A stretch of DNA of 64,000 nucleotides, from the NCBI GenBank assembly GCA_964016885.1, contig OZ024752.1:24118001-24182000 (forward strand). The letters are read 5' to 3'. Shown here one piece after another: positions 1 through 12,803 of the stretch. The position numbers and the translations under genes were made by a program. The notes under the pieces are model-generated. The model saw nothing but the letters and a program-made list of their open reading frames with translations, was not told where the DNA came from and searched no databases. The stretch comes from Eledone cirrhosa (Eukaryota). Position 1 is the first letter of the stretch; the number at the start of each line of letters is the position of its first letter.

Positions 1-66
1 GTGTTTATATGTGTTTGTTGTTATTGTGCTTGTGTATGTATTTATTTATTTATTTATTTGCTCTTC

Positions 67-531
67 TCATAGGTCAGTGTTGTTTGTTTGGGTGTTGTTG
101 TTATTCCATTCATTTTTTCTGTTTAGCCTTGGCCTTCTAAGTTCTATTTCGCTGGCCTCTCTGATTTGCCTATTTGCTGGGTCATTTCTATGTTTAGATA
201 TTATTCTAATTTCTATGTTGTCTATGTTACCGTCGTGTTGTTGTCTGGCATGTTCGTATAGTACTGAACCGTTTTTTCGTCCTTTTAGTTCAACCCAGTG
301 TTGATCTATCCTTTCACCTATGCTACGAGCTGATTCACCTATGTATGTTGTTGTCATGTTTCTGCAAGTACCCTCTGTACATCTTATGCTATAGACTACA
401 TTTCTAGTTTTACAGTTTATCCGGGGGTTTACTTTACATATGATACATTTTCTATTAGTACAGTGGGTTTTCTTAAAAGGGTAGGTTTTGCTGGTCAGGG
501 ATTTTATGGAGGTTCCTGGCTTTTCTACCAC
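67..531 (-). pseudogene. PLE GIY-YIG endonuclease domain
   Basis: C-x4-CxxC, then NVVYSIRC...YIGESARSIGERIDQH...RQIREASEI..LN. Confidence 0.85.
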
Positions 532-950
532 CTTAATCTTTAAGTGGGTCTTTGTCAGGGCCTTTCTACACTGGTTAGCTAATTTCCCTCAAGGGGTAGC
601 GTCCACAAACATGACACTCTGGTATCTCTGTTTGTCGTACCATGAGGTGGCTTTCCCTATCTTATGTCTAGTCCTATCTAAGCTATTCCATGATTTGCTC
701 CTGTATAATGGGCGAATTCCTTTCATGTCCAGTTCTATGAGGGTCTTATACTTCTCCGTGGCTCCTTCGTATACTCCGATTCTGTCTCTTTGGTTGTAGC
801 CAGAGAACTGCATGCGGTTGATGAAGTGTTGGATGTGTCTTTCCATTTCTGTTGGGTCGCACATGCGGGACACGTTCTTCATCACTCGTACCTAGTCTGC
901 GATCAGAATATTAAACTTAGCACTACTGGACATTGCTGAGTTTTTGAGTA

Positions 951-2110
951 TCAGGTATTTGGAGGCCATGGGTTTAGCATAGTGTGAGTGGAGAATTTGG
1001 GCTCTCTCGTCGGTAGTGCTAATACAGGTAGTCTATTGTTAGGGTGTTTGGAAGGGTAGTCGATAGTTACAGTTATACTCTGGTGTATGGAACTAGCTAT
1101 CTGCTGGATGCTTTCCATTGTGCTACGTTCTAAATCAAACTTGTTAGTGCTCTCTTGTGGGGATGTCCTTATTACTATATTGATGTCGTCTACGTAACGA
1201 GAGTACATGATGAGGTCTATGGAGCTCTCATCAAGGAAATCTTTGAGTCTCCTTTCCCACCATACCATGAAAAGATTGGCAACGTCACCAGCTATGCTGA
1301 CGCTAATGGCTGCTCCTTCATTTTGGGTGTAGATCTTCTCGTTGAATTTGAATATGTGGCCCTTTAGGGTAGTTTTGATACTAGCCCCTATTGCATGTGC
1401 GACCATTTTCTTTACCTGATCATTGTTTTTTTGGGGGTCCGTATAGCTTTGGTCCACCCAATCCCTCTTCCCATGGGAGTCTTTTTTGCCATTGAGGTTA
1501 TGGTGGGTCGTCTATCTCTTATGGATCTACTGGGTCAGAAATGTCTACGGTCATGGCTGTCTAGGTAGTCAGTGTCGTAGGTAAGTCTAAGTAGGAGGCC
1601 CAGTTCGTCTGTGTCGACGTCGCAGAACTCCACCTCACTCTCAATGATCATCTCCACACATCTTTCCACAGCAAAATCAATGTTAATGGATGGGTACAGT
1701 GATACCACATCCATACTGCCTATTATGCAGTTGGATAGGTTCCTGTTTTTGTTGCACTCACTGATTCTGCTGAGGAAGTCCTCTGTACTGTCACATACAT
1801 CTGGGGACATCTTGATTATGGGGTTTATAACCATTGAGAGGAAGTAGGAGATCCTGTAGTTGCTAGCTTTATTTGCTCCGCATACAGGTCTTGTTGGTGG
1901 TCCTGTTGTCGGATCGTCGACTGTCTTGTGGTCTTTGCAGAGCCCATACAAGGGTAGTATGCCATTATTAGACGCCTGGAAGTTGTTGGCAGTGCGTCTG
2001 CTTGGCTTTAGGATGTCGGTCCACGTCATCATGTGAGCGTTGAGGATTTTCTCTCTCCCATCATGTATTTGCTGTGCAATTTCGCTCGTGTTAGTGATGT
2101 GGGGTTGCAC
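951..2110 (-). pseudogene. PLE reverse transcriptase (frameshifted)
   Basis: DVVSLYPS and RYVDD motifs lie in separate ORFs. Confidence 0.85.
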
Positions 2111-3166
2111 TCGTGTTGGTGATGTGGGGTTGCATAACCTTGATGTAGTTCGGCATGCTGTCTATTGACATCCTACCAGACTTATCCGTGGGTAGACATA
2201 CTACCTCACCAGCTCTTATGTGCTGCTTGAAGCTAACCAAGCCTTCTACAGGTTTCCTCCCAAGCTGTTGGACATCTGGTCTGCTCTGTCTCTTAATATA
2301 CCGGTCTACTATTTGTCTAATCTTATTTCTAGCTATGGTGAACTGTGCTTCTGTCTCGTCATCTATTTGTTGTGGTATGCAAACCCTTTTATTAAAGGGT
2401 AACCTCGTAGGATAGATATTACCCATCTTATACGTTTTGTCAGCTGGGTTGAAGAATAGTTTCTCTAAGGGGTTGTCATTATATCTATCGTCATAGTTGT
2501 GTGTGTTGCTAATTTTGTTATTATGGTGGTTGTTGTTCCTATCATTAGCATTATTATTATTGTTGATTGCTAGATGTATTGTTGCTGTGATTGTTATATG
2601 TATTGTTGTTGTTTTCTCTACCGTTATTGTTGTTGTTACTGTTATTTCTACTATTGTGGTTGTTACTTTTATTATGTTTCTTGTTTTTGTTGTTGTTGTG
2701 TCTATCATTAATGTTGCTACATATATTATTTCTATTATTGCCACTGTGGTTGTTGTTGTTACTCATATTGTTACCGTTATTACTACTGTGGTCGCTGCTG
2801 CTGTGTCTGTAGTTAATGTTTCTATTATTATTATTATTATTGTGGTTGTTGTAGTTGTTGTTCTGTCTATCGTTAATATTATTACCATTGTTACTATTTC
2901 TCACTCTCCTGCTATTGTTATTGTTATGACTATTACTATTATAGCTGTTATTTCTATACTCAGAGTTATTGTTTATATTACTACTATCGTTATTATTGCT
3001 GTTGTTGTTGTTTACTTTTGCATTCCAACGTATTTTGTGAAACACTTTTCCAGCTCCGTTTTGCACTTGATAGGGTTAATCTTTTTGTAGATCGCAAATC
3101 AAAGTATAACAATATTTGTTTCGACACACGATTTCATATAAAAAAACCTCGCAAAACTATATATAT

Positions 3167-3448
3167 TGTGGGTATGGTGTGGCGTGCGGTGGCCGGGGGG
3201 GGGGGGGGGAGTGCTCGACCGGAAGGGGTTTTTGAGTGCTCGACCGGAAGGGGCCTTTGACCGGAAGGATGCTCGACCGGAAGGGCCAGGAGAGGGCCTC
3301 TCTCTAGTGGTGACCAGCATACGGTGAGGACGCGTTTTGGGCAGCTCCTGGTGTTAAGCAGTCGGACGAACGTGGAAGAGGAGTACCTGTAGCGGAATTT
3401 AGCGGCGCCTGTGAAAAGCGGTAAGTGAGATAGCTTTTTCTAACCACA
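3167..3448 (+). repeat. 5' LTR
   Basis: TGTGGGTATG...TAACCACA; near-identical to 7114-7370 but with one extra GAGTGCTCGACCGGAAGGG unit. Confidence 0.95.
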
Positions 3449-3462
3449 AGCTATTTCGGCGA

Positions 3463-3496
<34 letters not shown>

Positions 3497-3524
3497 AAAC
3501 ACTTGCCGCAAAACAAATCAGAAG

Positions 3525-4286
3525 ATGGCGACAAGACTACCGATGAACGAAGCTATCAGGCCATTCACCGGGGAAGGTGATGTTGTCGCTTGGCTGCGGA
3601 AGGTTCGGCTGGTCGCGGGCTTGCAGAAGATAGAAGACGTGGCCGGTCTCATTGCATTGTACCTCGAGGACGACGCGTTGGTACTCTTCCTTGAGTTGGA
3701 CGAGCACAGCCAAAGAGATGTGCAGAAGATTGAGAGGCGTCTGATGGATGCATTCGCCGAGGGACCGTTGGCGGCTTTTGCTAAGCTGGCGAGAATCAGG
3801 TGGAATGGTGAGCGCGTCGAGATTTTCGCAGCGGAAATAAGGCGGTTGGCTATGTTGGCGGGTTACCAGGCGGAATGCGAACGCACGGTGCGGTTGGCAT
3901 TCATCAATGGATTTCCGGACGACATAGCGGTGAAACTGCAGCAAGTCCCGGGGTACATGGAAATGGAAATGCGTTCACTGGTGGAACAAGCCCGGATCAT
4001 AGCGGAAGATGCCAAAAAGAGTGTCGCGGCGATAGCGACTACGGAGGCTCAGGACACCTGGCAGCGAAATGGTCAAAGGGAGGCAACCTCGGCACGCGGC
4101 CGTTCGCGAGAATTTAGGGGCCGCTGTTTTAGGTGTCACGGCCCGCATATGGCTAGAGACTGTAGAGAGTCGAAGCCGGATATAATTTGCTACCAGTGTA
4201 AGCGACCAGGCCACATCGCTGCTAACTGCGACCAGGGAAACGGTCCAAGGGGAACTACTGCGCCGGTAGTTGCCCCTTACGAGTAG
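3525..4286 (+). CDS. gag: Gag with two zinc knuckles
   Basis: 253-aa ORF; CFRCHGPHMARDC and CYQCKRPGHIAANC. Confidence 0.92.
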   Translation: MATRLPMNEAIRPFTGEGDVVAWLRKVRLVAGLQKIEDVAGLIALYLEDDALVLFLELDEHSQRDVQKIERRLMDAFAEGPLAAFAKLARIRWNGERVEIFAAEIRRLAMLAGYQAECERTVRLAFINGFPDDIAVKLQQVPGYMEMEMRSLVEQARIIAEDAKKSVAAIATTEAQDTWQRNGQREATSARGRSREFRGRCFRCHGPHMARDCRESKPDIICYQCKRPGHIAANCDQGNGPRGTTAPVVAPYE

Positions 4287-4292
4287 CGGCGC
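4235..4292 (+). promoter_or_regulatory. -1 programmed ribosomal frameshift signal (slippery site + H-type pseudoknot)
   Basis: G_GGA_AAC in gag frame; 7-nt spacer; stem1 GGGGAACTAC/GTAGTTGCCCC; loop GCGCCG pairs with CGGCGC (4287-4292); the -1 frame is open into the protease. Confidence 0.88.
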
Positions 4293-7080
4293 TGCCCGTG
4301 GTGGAAGTCTTCGTGAGGGGGAAGCCACAGCGAGCCCTCGTGGATACGGGCTGTACGACAACACTGGTGACCGCGGGGGTGGCGCAGAGGTGGGGAGGGA
4401 AGAGCAGCGTAAGGGCAGTCAACGGCAGGAAAATTGAATGCCGAGGTCGCAGCGAGATGGAAATAGCGGTACGGGGAAGGACGATAAGGCTTCCCGCCAT
4501 CGTGGTAGACAGTGTGGTGGATGGGATCGGCGTGGTTATGGGCATGGACGCGATTGGCCGTCTAGGGGGCGTCACGGTGAACAATGTCGGTGTGTCGTTT
4601 GGCGCCGCTGCATCGGTATGCGCTGTGAGTGCACGTCATGAGAACCAGAAGGCCCACGAGGAGCAATACCCCGCTTACACTGTACAGGACAAGGACTTCA
4701 AGGCCGTGTTTGATGGGCAGCGATGGGTTGTTGAGTGGTACTGGAAGGGAGAACCACTAACACTGAAGACCAAAGTGGGCTGCTATCAACACACATTGAA
4801 GGGAAACGCTAGGGGCGAGTTCGAGCGAGAAGTAGAGAGATGGATCGAAGAGGGCATACTGCTTCCCTGGAAGGAGGAGGTCAAGTGCGGAGTATTGCCG
4901 TTGATGGCGGTGGTGCAACCCACGAAGAGCAATGTGAGGCCGGTGCTGGACTATCGAGAGCTGAACGAGCACGTGTCATGCCACACGGGTGGCGAGGTCA
5001 CGGATGTCTGTGGGGAAACCCTGCGTGAGTGGAGACGCATGAGGGGGGGGGGGGGGTTCAGCGATCGTGGATCTAAAGTCGGCTTACTTGCAGTTGCATA
5101 TAGATGAGAAGCTCTGGCGGTATCAGCTGGTCAGGTATAAGGGCCAGACATATTGCCTGACCAGGCTCGGTTTCGGGCTGAGCTCCTCACCGAAGATCAT
5201 GGCGGCGGTCCTCAAGACCGCTCTGGGGAGGGCCGACAAGATAAAGAGGGCTACTAACTCCTACATTGACGACATCCTAGTGGACGAGTCGGTGGTGTCG
5301 ACGGCGGAGGTATGGACTGACTGCGAAGCCATCAGAAGCATTGGAGGGAGGAGCCGCGCTGGGACTTAGGCTACGGCGAGATAAGACGGGCGTTTTGGTG
5401 TTCCAGAGGGGAAACGAAGTTCCGGAACTGGGCCCAAGTATGAATAGGCGGGAGCTTTTATCGGTGTGTGGAAAGCTGGTGGGTCACTACCCGATCGCTG
5501 GGTGGCTCCGGACGGCATGCAGCTATGTCAAGAGACGAGCGGGAGGGGTGACTTGGAGTGACAGAGTGGGAGAGAGAACGGTGGCCATGATGCAGGAGAT
5601 CGTGGGGAGGGTGAAGGCCGACGACCCAGTGCGGGGACGCTGGTACGTTCCCAAATCACGGAGCGGGACCGTATGGTGCGATGCCAGCAGCATAGCGCTG
5701 GGTGTCACGTTGGAGATAGGAGGTGTTGAGGTCGAGGATGCAGCCTGGCTTAGAAAGAAGGACGACTGCAGCCACATCAATATGGCCGAGCTGGACGCGG
5801 TGTTGAGAGGGGTGAACCTCGCCTTGCGGTGGGGGCTGCGCACCATCGAGATACGCACCGACTCGGCTATCGTACTCGGATGGTTAAGATCAGTGCTCAC
5901 CAGTGAGAAGAGAGTGCGAACGAGAGACGCGGCGGAGATGCTGATAAAGCGCCGCCTGGGAACATTAGGAGAGCTGGCCACCGAGTTCGACCTGAAGCTG
6001 AGCGTAGTGTTCGTGCCCTCAGAGAAAAATAGGGCGGACATCTTGACTAGAGTGAAGAAAGCCTGGATGGAAGCGCCGGAGGAGGTAGAGGATGAGATAG
6101 CTGCCGTGTGTCGGCTGACCGAGTTAGACCTGAAGGGGTTGCATGACATGCACCACATGGGGGTGGATAGGAGCCTGTTCCTAGCCAGGAGAATCGACTC
6201 GGACGTTAGCAGACACAGTGTTCGGGGGGTGGTTAGAGGCTGCGTCCGATGTCAGTCCATTGATCCCGCCCCGGGTGTACACGAAACGGGAAGCCTCCCG
6301 GTGGATCGCGACTGGAAGCGATTAGCGGTGGATGTGACGCACTACCGGCAGGGAACGTACCTCTCGATGGTCGACTGTGGACCAGGTCGAATGGCGATAT
6401 GGAGGGAGATGAAGACTGGAACGGCCGAGGAAATCGTGCGGACGTTGAGAGAGGTGTTCTTGGAGCGGGGCCCTGTGGATGAACTGCTGATGGAAAACAG
6501 CGCAGCGTTCCGCTCGGAGGCACTGAGGGAGATGCTCGATGGATAGAAGGTGGACCGTTTCTTCAGAGCGGCGCACAGGCCGAGCGGGAATGGAATCGTG
6601 GAGCGACACCACCGGGCGATCAAGGCAATGGCGGAGCGGGGCCATATCTCACCAATGGAGGCAGTGTTCTGGTACAATATGTCCCCTCGGGTTGGACAGG
6701 TCGAGGAATCGGTGCCACACAGAGCAGTATTCAAATACGAGTGGCGGCACCCGTGCACGCCACCACAACGGCCAGTGGGGAGAGAGAGAGTGCATTCGTG
6801 CAGGTGGGCGAAGAAGTCTGGGTTAAGCCCCCAGATGCACGGTGCACATCTCAATGGGGAAGGGGAACGGTGACGGCCGTAAATTCAAAGAACAATGTGT
6901 CCGTGGACGGGGTACCACGTCATGTCCTGGATGTAAGAAGAATCACTGTGTCGACGGACTCCGAGGAAGAGGAAACCCAAGATGAGGTGGAAACCCAAAG
7001 CCCTGCCCCAATACTACGAAGATCGCAACGAAGTCGTAGACCACCGACCTGGACGGCAGACTTTCATATGCAGATGGACG
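4235..7080 (+). pseudogene. pol: pol (protease, RT, RNase H, integrase), disrupted
   Basis: LVDTGC; RPVLDYRELN; DLKSAY, RLGFGLSSSP, YIDD; WCDAS..AELDAV..TDS; HH-CC and GNGIVERHHR. Breaks near the G-run ~5050, at ~5320, TAG 6544 and ~6790. Confidence 0.9.
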
Positions 7081-7113
7081 AGGGGGAAATTGATCCTTCA
7101 GATCAGGGTGGGG

Positions 7114-7370
7114 TGTGGGTATGGTGTGGCGTGCGGTGGCCGGGGGCGGGGGGGGGAGTGCTCGACCGGAAGGGACCTTTGACCGGAAGGATGCTCGACC
7201 GGAAGGGCCAGGAGAGGGCCTCTCTCTAGTGGTGACCAGCATACGGTGAGGACGCGTTTTGGGCAGCTCCTGGTGTTAAGCAGTCGGACGCACGTGGAAG
7301 AGGAGTACCTGTAGCGGAATTTAGCGGCGCCTGTGAAAAGCGGTAAGTGAGATAGCTTTTTCTAACCACA
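7114..7370 (+). repeat. 3' LTR
   Basis: Direct repeat of 3167-3448, preceded by the purine tract AGGGTGGGG (7105-7113). Confidence 0.95.
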
Positions 7371-7384
7371 TATATATTCATATG

Positions 7385-7418
<34 letters not shown>

Positions 7419-7532
7419 TATTGGTAAACGGAATAGAAAATGCTGACAAATTGTTCACAGTTGAAAAATGGTTTAATTAGGAATAAAAGAGTATTAGTGA
7501 TTGTATGGGTTAGTATTCAGTTGTGGTTTTAA

Positions 7533-7574
7533 GTTTTTACCGGTTGCGCATTTCTAAATGCTTTTCAAAAATAA
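7533..7574 (-). ncRNA. Minimal type-I hammerhead, variant core (UUGAAAA / GCAA)
   Basis: Reverse complement of 10107-10148. Confidence 0.55.
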
Positions 7575-7767
7575 TTTTGAGATAGAGTGTCCGTGCTGTT
7601 TGCTCTGATCTGATTAGTTTTGGGAATTCTACCTGTTTTTATGTTAAAAAAGTGGCTCCAATTTGCAAAAATTCTTGTGGTCAAAACAATTTTGATTGGT
7701 CGGTAGAGGTCATGTGAATAAAAAATTGGTTTTGCGCCAAGATTGAGAAATGACTCTTTCACAACAA

Positions 7768-7857
<90 letters not shown>

Positions 7858-7904
7858 TAGTAAGGTGTTCGATGTTGTGATAATGGCAGAAATCTGGGAC
7901 CGCT

Positions 7905-9095
7905 ATGGGAACGAAAACAGCCCCCACTTATGCCAACCTAGTCATGGGATACCTGGAAATCACCCTCTACACTAAAGTCCTAAACAAATTTGGAAACACC
8001 CTCCACTTACACATTGAAAGGAACTGGAAGCGATATCTAGATGATTGCTTCATCCTTTGGCACGAAAACATCGAAAAACTTAAAGAATTTCACACCCTTA
8101 TAAATGGGTTCAACACAAATATTAACTTCACGATGGAATACAGCCATCAACAACTCCCCTTCCTCGACATCCTCATTAAGATCCATAACAAAAAAATAGA
8201 AACAGACATATACTACAAGCCCACAGACTCCAAGCAATATCTCCCCTTCAACTCTTGCCACCCTAGACACGTTAAAATTAATATTCCCTACAACTTAGCC
8301 AAGAGAATCTGTACTATAGTCTCCAATAAAAACATCTGCTACTTACGGCTACAAGAACTAAAGGACACACTCATAGGCAGGGACTACCCTGCATCATTAA
8401 TTGACAATGGAATCCAACGTGCACTAAAACTCAGTACCCAGGACCTTAGACACCCTAAAGTAAATCAACCAAAACTAAAAGCTCTTCCATACATCTCCAC
8501 ACACAACCCCCTCAACAATGAGGCCTTTGACACCATCCTCCAGAACATCCCTGTATTGAAAAAGGACCATAGAATGAACCAAATTCTACGAACACACGAT
8601 ATCATAAAGAGCAAAAGACAATCCAAGTCAATGAAAAACATCTTAACACATGCCAAAGTACTGCCAACCACAACAACGAAACCCACAGTAAAAAAATGCG
8701 ATAGACCCAACTGTGGCATTTGCATCAACCTAATAGAGGGTTAGGAATTCTATTTCAAAGATGGACAACGTTTTATAGTAAAACACAATTTCACATGTGC
8801 ATCGGAAAATCTAATATATGTATTAACTTGTTCAGGTTGTCGAGAACAATACATAGGCCAGACCAAAGACAGCCTCCGCCAACGCATGACTGTCCATAGA
8901 TCCCAAATCAAAATACGGGAATACAGGAAAATACCACTGAGTGAACACATTGATACCTGTGCCGCCCAAAATCATCCCAACTTCAGAATCTTTCCCCTCT
9001 ACAAATTTAAAGATAATGCCACCTCTACCCAGCGCATCAGCAAGGAATCTTACTTCATTAACAAATACGGACCCCGTCTAAACACTTCTCCCTAA
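7905..9095 (+). pseudogene. PLE RT C-terminal half + GIY-YIG
   Basis: ORFs 7905-8744 and 8886-9095 are in frame across one stop. Confidence 0.88.
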
Positions 9096-9613
9096 GACGA
9101 ACCCACAACATACACACGTCAACATACATACCTACATCAGCACAAATCTCTACCCACATATAAACACAATGACATACGTAAACACACATACTCTATGGTG
9201 CAACACAAAAAAATATATGTGCATATATATATGTATATATGTATATATATATATATATATATAGTGAATATATGTGTCTGTATATATATATAGTGAATAT
9301 CATTTCACACCCTTTTTTTGTTAAGATTTTTGATGTTCTATTAAGAGAACCGATTTTACTGAAAAAAACGAATAATGTACACCATTTTACCAGGGGAAAA
9401 AATACTGGTCCCCCCCCATACACACATATACACACACACATACACACGCGTACATCAACATACAAAGAGACTTATATATACACACACACACACACACACG
9501 CACTTCTCCGTATAAGACAAAAGCCGAAAAATATCTTTTGACATGCTAAAATACCCCCCATTGCTTTCAGACACATTCTTACTGACCATCCCTGCCACCA
9601 CAAATTACTCTGC

Positions 9614-9696
<83 letters not shown>

Positions 9697-9768
9697 ATCT
9701 TAATAGCCATTTGACACACATCGCTGCTAACCATTATCACAACATCGAACACCTTACTACTACTACTA

Positions 9769-9803
<35 letters not shown>

Positions 9804-10106
9804 TTTGTTGTGAAAGAGTCATTTCTCAATCTTGGCGCAAAACCAATTTTTTATTCACATGACCTCTACCGACCAATCAAAATTGTTTTGACCACAAGAA
9901 TTTTTGCTGGAGCCACTTTTTTAACATAAAAACAGTCTTGGCGCAAAATCAATTTTTTACATTCACATGACCTCTACCGACCAATCAAAATTGTTTTGAC
10001 CACAAGAATTTTTTGCAAATTGGAGCCACTTTTTTAACATAAAAACAGGTAGAATTCCCAAAACTAATCAGATCAGAGCAAACAGCACGGACACTCTATC
10101 TCAAAA

Positions 10107-10148
10107 TTATTTTTGAAAAGCATTTAGAAATGCGCAACCGGTAAAAAC
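10107..10148 (+). ncRNA. Minimal type-I hammerhead, variant core
   Basis: TTGAAAA-GCATT TAGA AATGC-GCAA-CCGG-TA; palindromic stem III ACCGGT; short stem I. Confidence 0.55.
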
Positions 10149-10295
10149 TTAAAACCACAACTGAATACTAACCCATACAATCACTAATACTCTTTTATTC
10201 CTAATTAAACCATTTTTCAACTGTGAACAATTTGTCAGCATTTTCTATTCCGTTTACCAATATATAATAACTTGTGTGTTACACCTCTATTCTTT

Positions 10296-10336
<41 letters not shown>

Positions 10337-10601
10337 GGAAAAAATGAAACGAAATTTCATTTCCCACTCTTAGTACGGCTTTTACTTAAATATAAGTATA
10401 TGCGCGTACATACATATATGTATACAGACGTACAGTAGTATGTATATATATATATACATACATGCACACATATATATATATGTACGTATGGATTCACCGA
10501 ACATTTATTATAATGCTCGGTGTGTTTGTAAACAAACATCCCGTATTAAGTCGTAGTGTCCAGCAACCATCGTTGCTCGTTTGTTCAACACTGACAAAGG
10601 A

Positions 10602-10644
10602 ACGCTGTACTAGTTTCAAGCTTATTAGCTATCGTCAGCAACGT
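10602..10644 (-). ncRNA. Minimal hammerhead (retrozyme unit)
   Basis: rc: ACGTTG-CTGACGA-TAGC TAATAA GCTT-GAAA-CTAG-TA-CAGCGT. Confidence 0.85.
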
Positions 10645-10871
10645 ATACCTTCCTGCCAGATTGTTGAACGTATATACTTACCTTATGCATATTAACGGCT
10701 GAGTAGCCCAATTTGCATATCGAGTGGGAAATGAAATTTCGTTTCATTTTTTTCCATTTATCGTTTTCGGTGCACCCGGCCTATTAACCCACTCGATATG
10801 CAAATTGGGCTACTCAGCCGTTAATATGCATAAGGTAAGTATATACGTTCAACAATCTGGCAGGAAGGTAT

Positions 10872-10914
10872 ACGTTGCTGACGATAGCTAATAAGCTTGA
10901 AACTAGTACAGCAT
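10872..10914 (+). ncRNA. Minimal hammerhead (retrozyme unit)
   Basis: CTGACGA 10878-10884; GAAA 10899-10902; predicted GUA cleavage after 10908. Confidence 0.85.
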
Positions 10915-11293
10915 TCCTTTGTCAGTGTTGAACAAACGAGCAAAGATGGTTGCTGGACACTACGGCTTAATACGGGATGTTTGTTTACAAACACACCGAG
11001 CATTATAATAAATGTTCGGTGAATCCATACGTACATATATATATATGTGTGCATGTATGTATATATATATACATACTACTGTACGTCTGTATACAAATAT
11101 GTATGTACGTGTACATACTTATATTTAAGTAACAGCCGTACTAAGAGTGAGAAATGAAATTTCGTTTCATTTTTACCGTTTATCGTTTTCGGTGCACCCG
11201 GCCTATTAACACACTCCATATGCAAATTGGGCTACTCAGCCGTTAATATGCATAAGGTAAGTATATACGTTCAACAATCTGGCAGGAAGGTAT

Positions 11294-11336
11294 ACGTTGC
11301 TGACGATAGCTAATAAGCTTGGAACTAGTACAGCGT
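11294..11336 (+). ncRNA. Minimal hammerhead, GGAA variant
   Basis: Same motif with GAAA changed to GGAA. Confidence 0.65.
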
Positions 11337-11598
11337 TCCTTTGTCAGTGTTGAACAAACGAGCAACGATGGTTGCTGGACACTACGACTTAATACGGGAT
11401 GTTTGTTTACAAACACACCGAGCATTATAATAAATGTTCGGTGAATCCATACGTACATATATATATGTGTGCATGTATGTATATATATATACATACTACT
11501 GTACGTCTGTATACATATATGTATGTACGTGTACATATTTATATTTAAGTAAAAGCCGTACTAAGAGTGGGAAATGAAATTTCGTTTCATTTTTTCCG

Positions 11599-11697
<99 letters not shown>

Positions 11698-11714
11698 CAT
11701 ATGAATATATATAT

Positions 11715-12800
<1,086 letters not shown>

Positions 12801-12803
<3 letters not shown>

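Larger units (their letters stand above)
1..3160 (-). mobile_element. Penelope-like element (lineage A), degraded: Asn-rich N-terminus, RT, C-terminal GIY-YIG
   Basis: Broken ORFs 2557-3066, 2091-2744, 1535-2110 (LYGLCKDHK..P.RPVC, GSMDVVSLYPSI), 951-1457 (QNEGAAI, YSRYVDD), 589-885 and 67-531 (CxxC, VVYSIRC..YIGESAR, R..EA..I). Confidence 0.9.
3167..7370 (+). mobile_element. Full-length Ty3/Gypsy-type LTR retrotransposon
   Basis: TG..CA LTRs, TATAT on both flanks (3162-3166 and 7371-7375), domain order gag-PR-RT-RH-IN, PPT. Confidence 0.95.
7402..10300 (+). mobile_element. 5'-truncated PLE (lineage B) with inverted pLTR
   Basis: ORF ~7886-9095 (MGTKTAPTYANL, RYLDD, PFLD, SCHP, GIY-YIG LIYVLTC..YIGQT; one TAG at 8742); 7402-7880 is the reverse complement of ~9735-10262. 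Confidence 0.92.
10333..11600. mobile_element. Retrozyme-like ~420-bp tandem repeat, array 1 (one inverted unit + two direct units)
   Basis: Period 422 bp; one HHR per unit; no credible ORF; (TA)n on both sides. Confidence 0.8.

Noticed and set aside
2497-3090. Hydrophobic 197-aa ORF resembling a membrane protein
   Set aside because: Antisense of the Asn-rich AAC/AAT region of the PLE
8742-8744. In-frame stop as possible selenocysteine recoding (Naiad-like)
   Set aside because: It is TAG, not TGA, and the endonuclease is C-terminal; probably a point mutation
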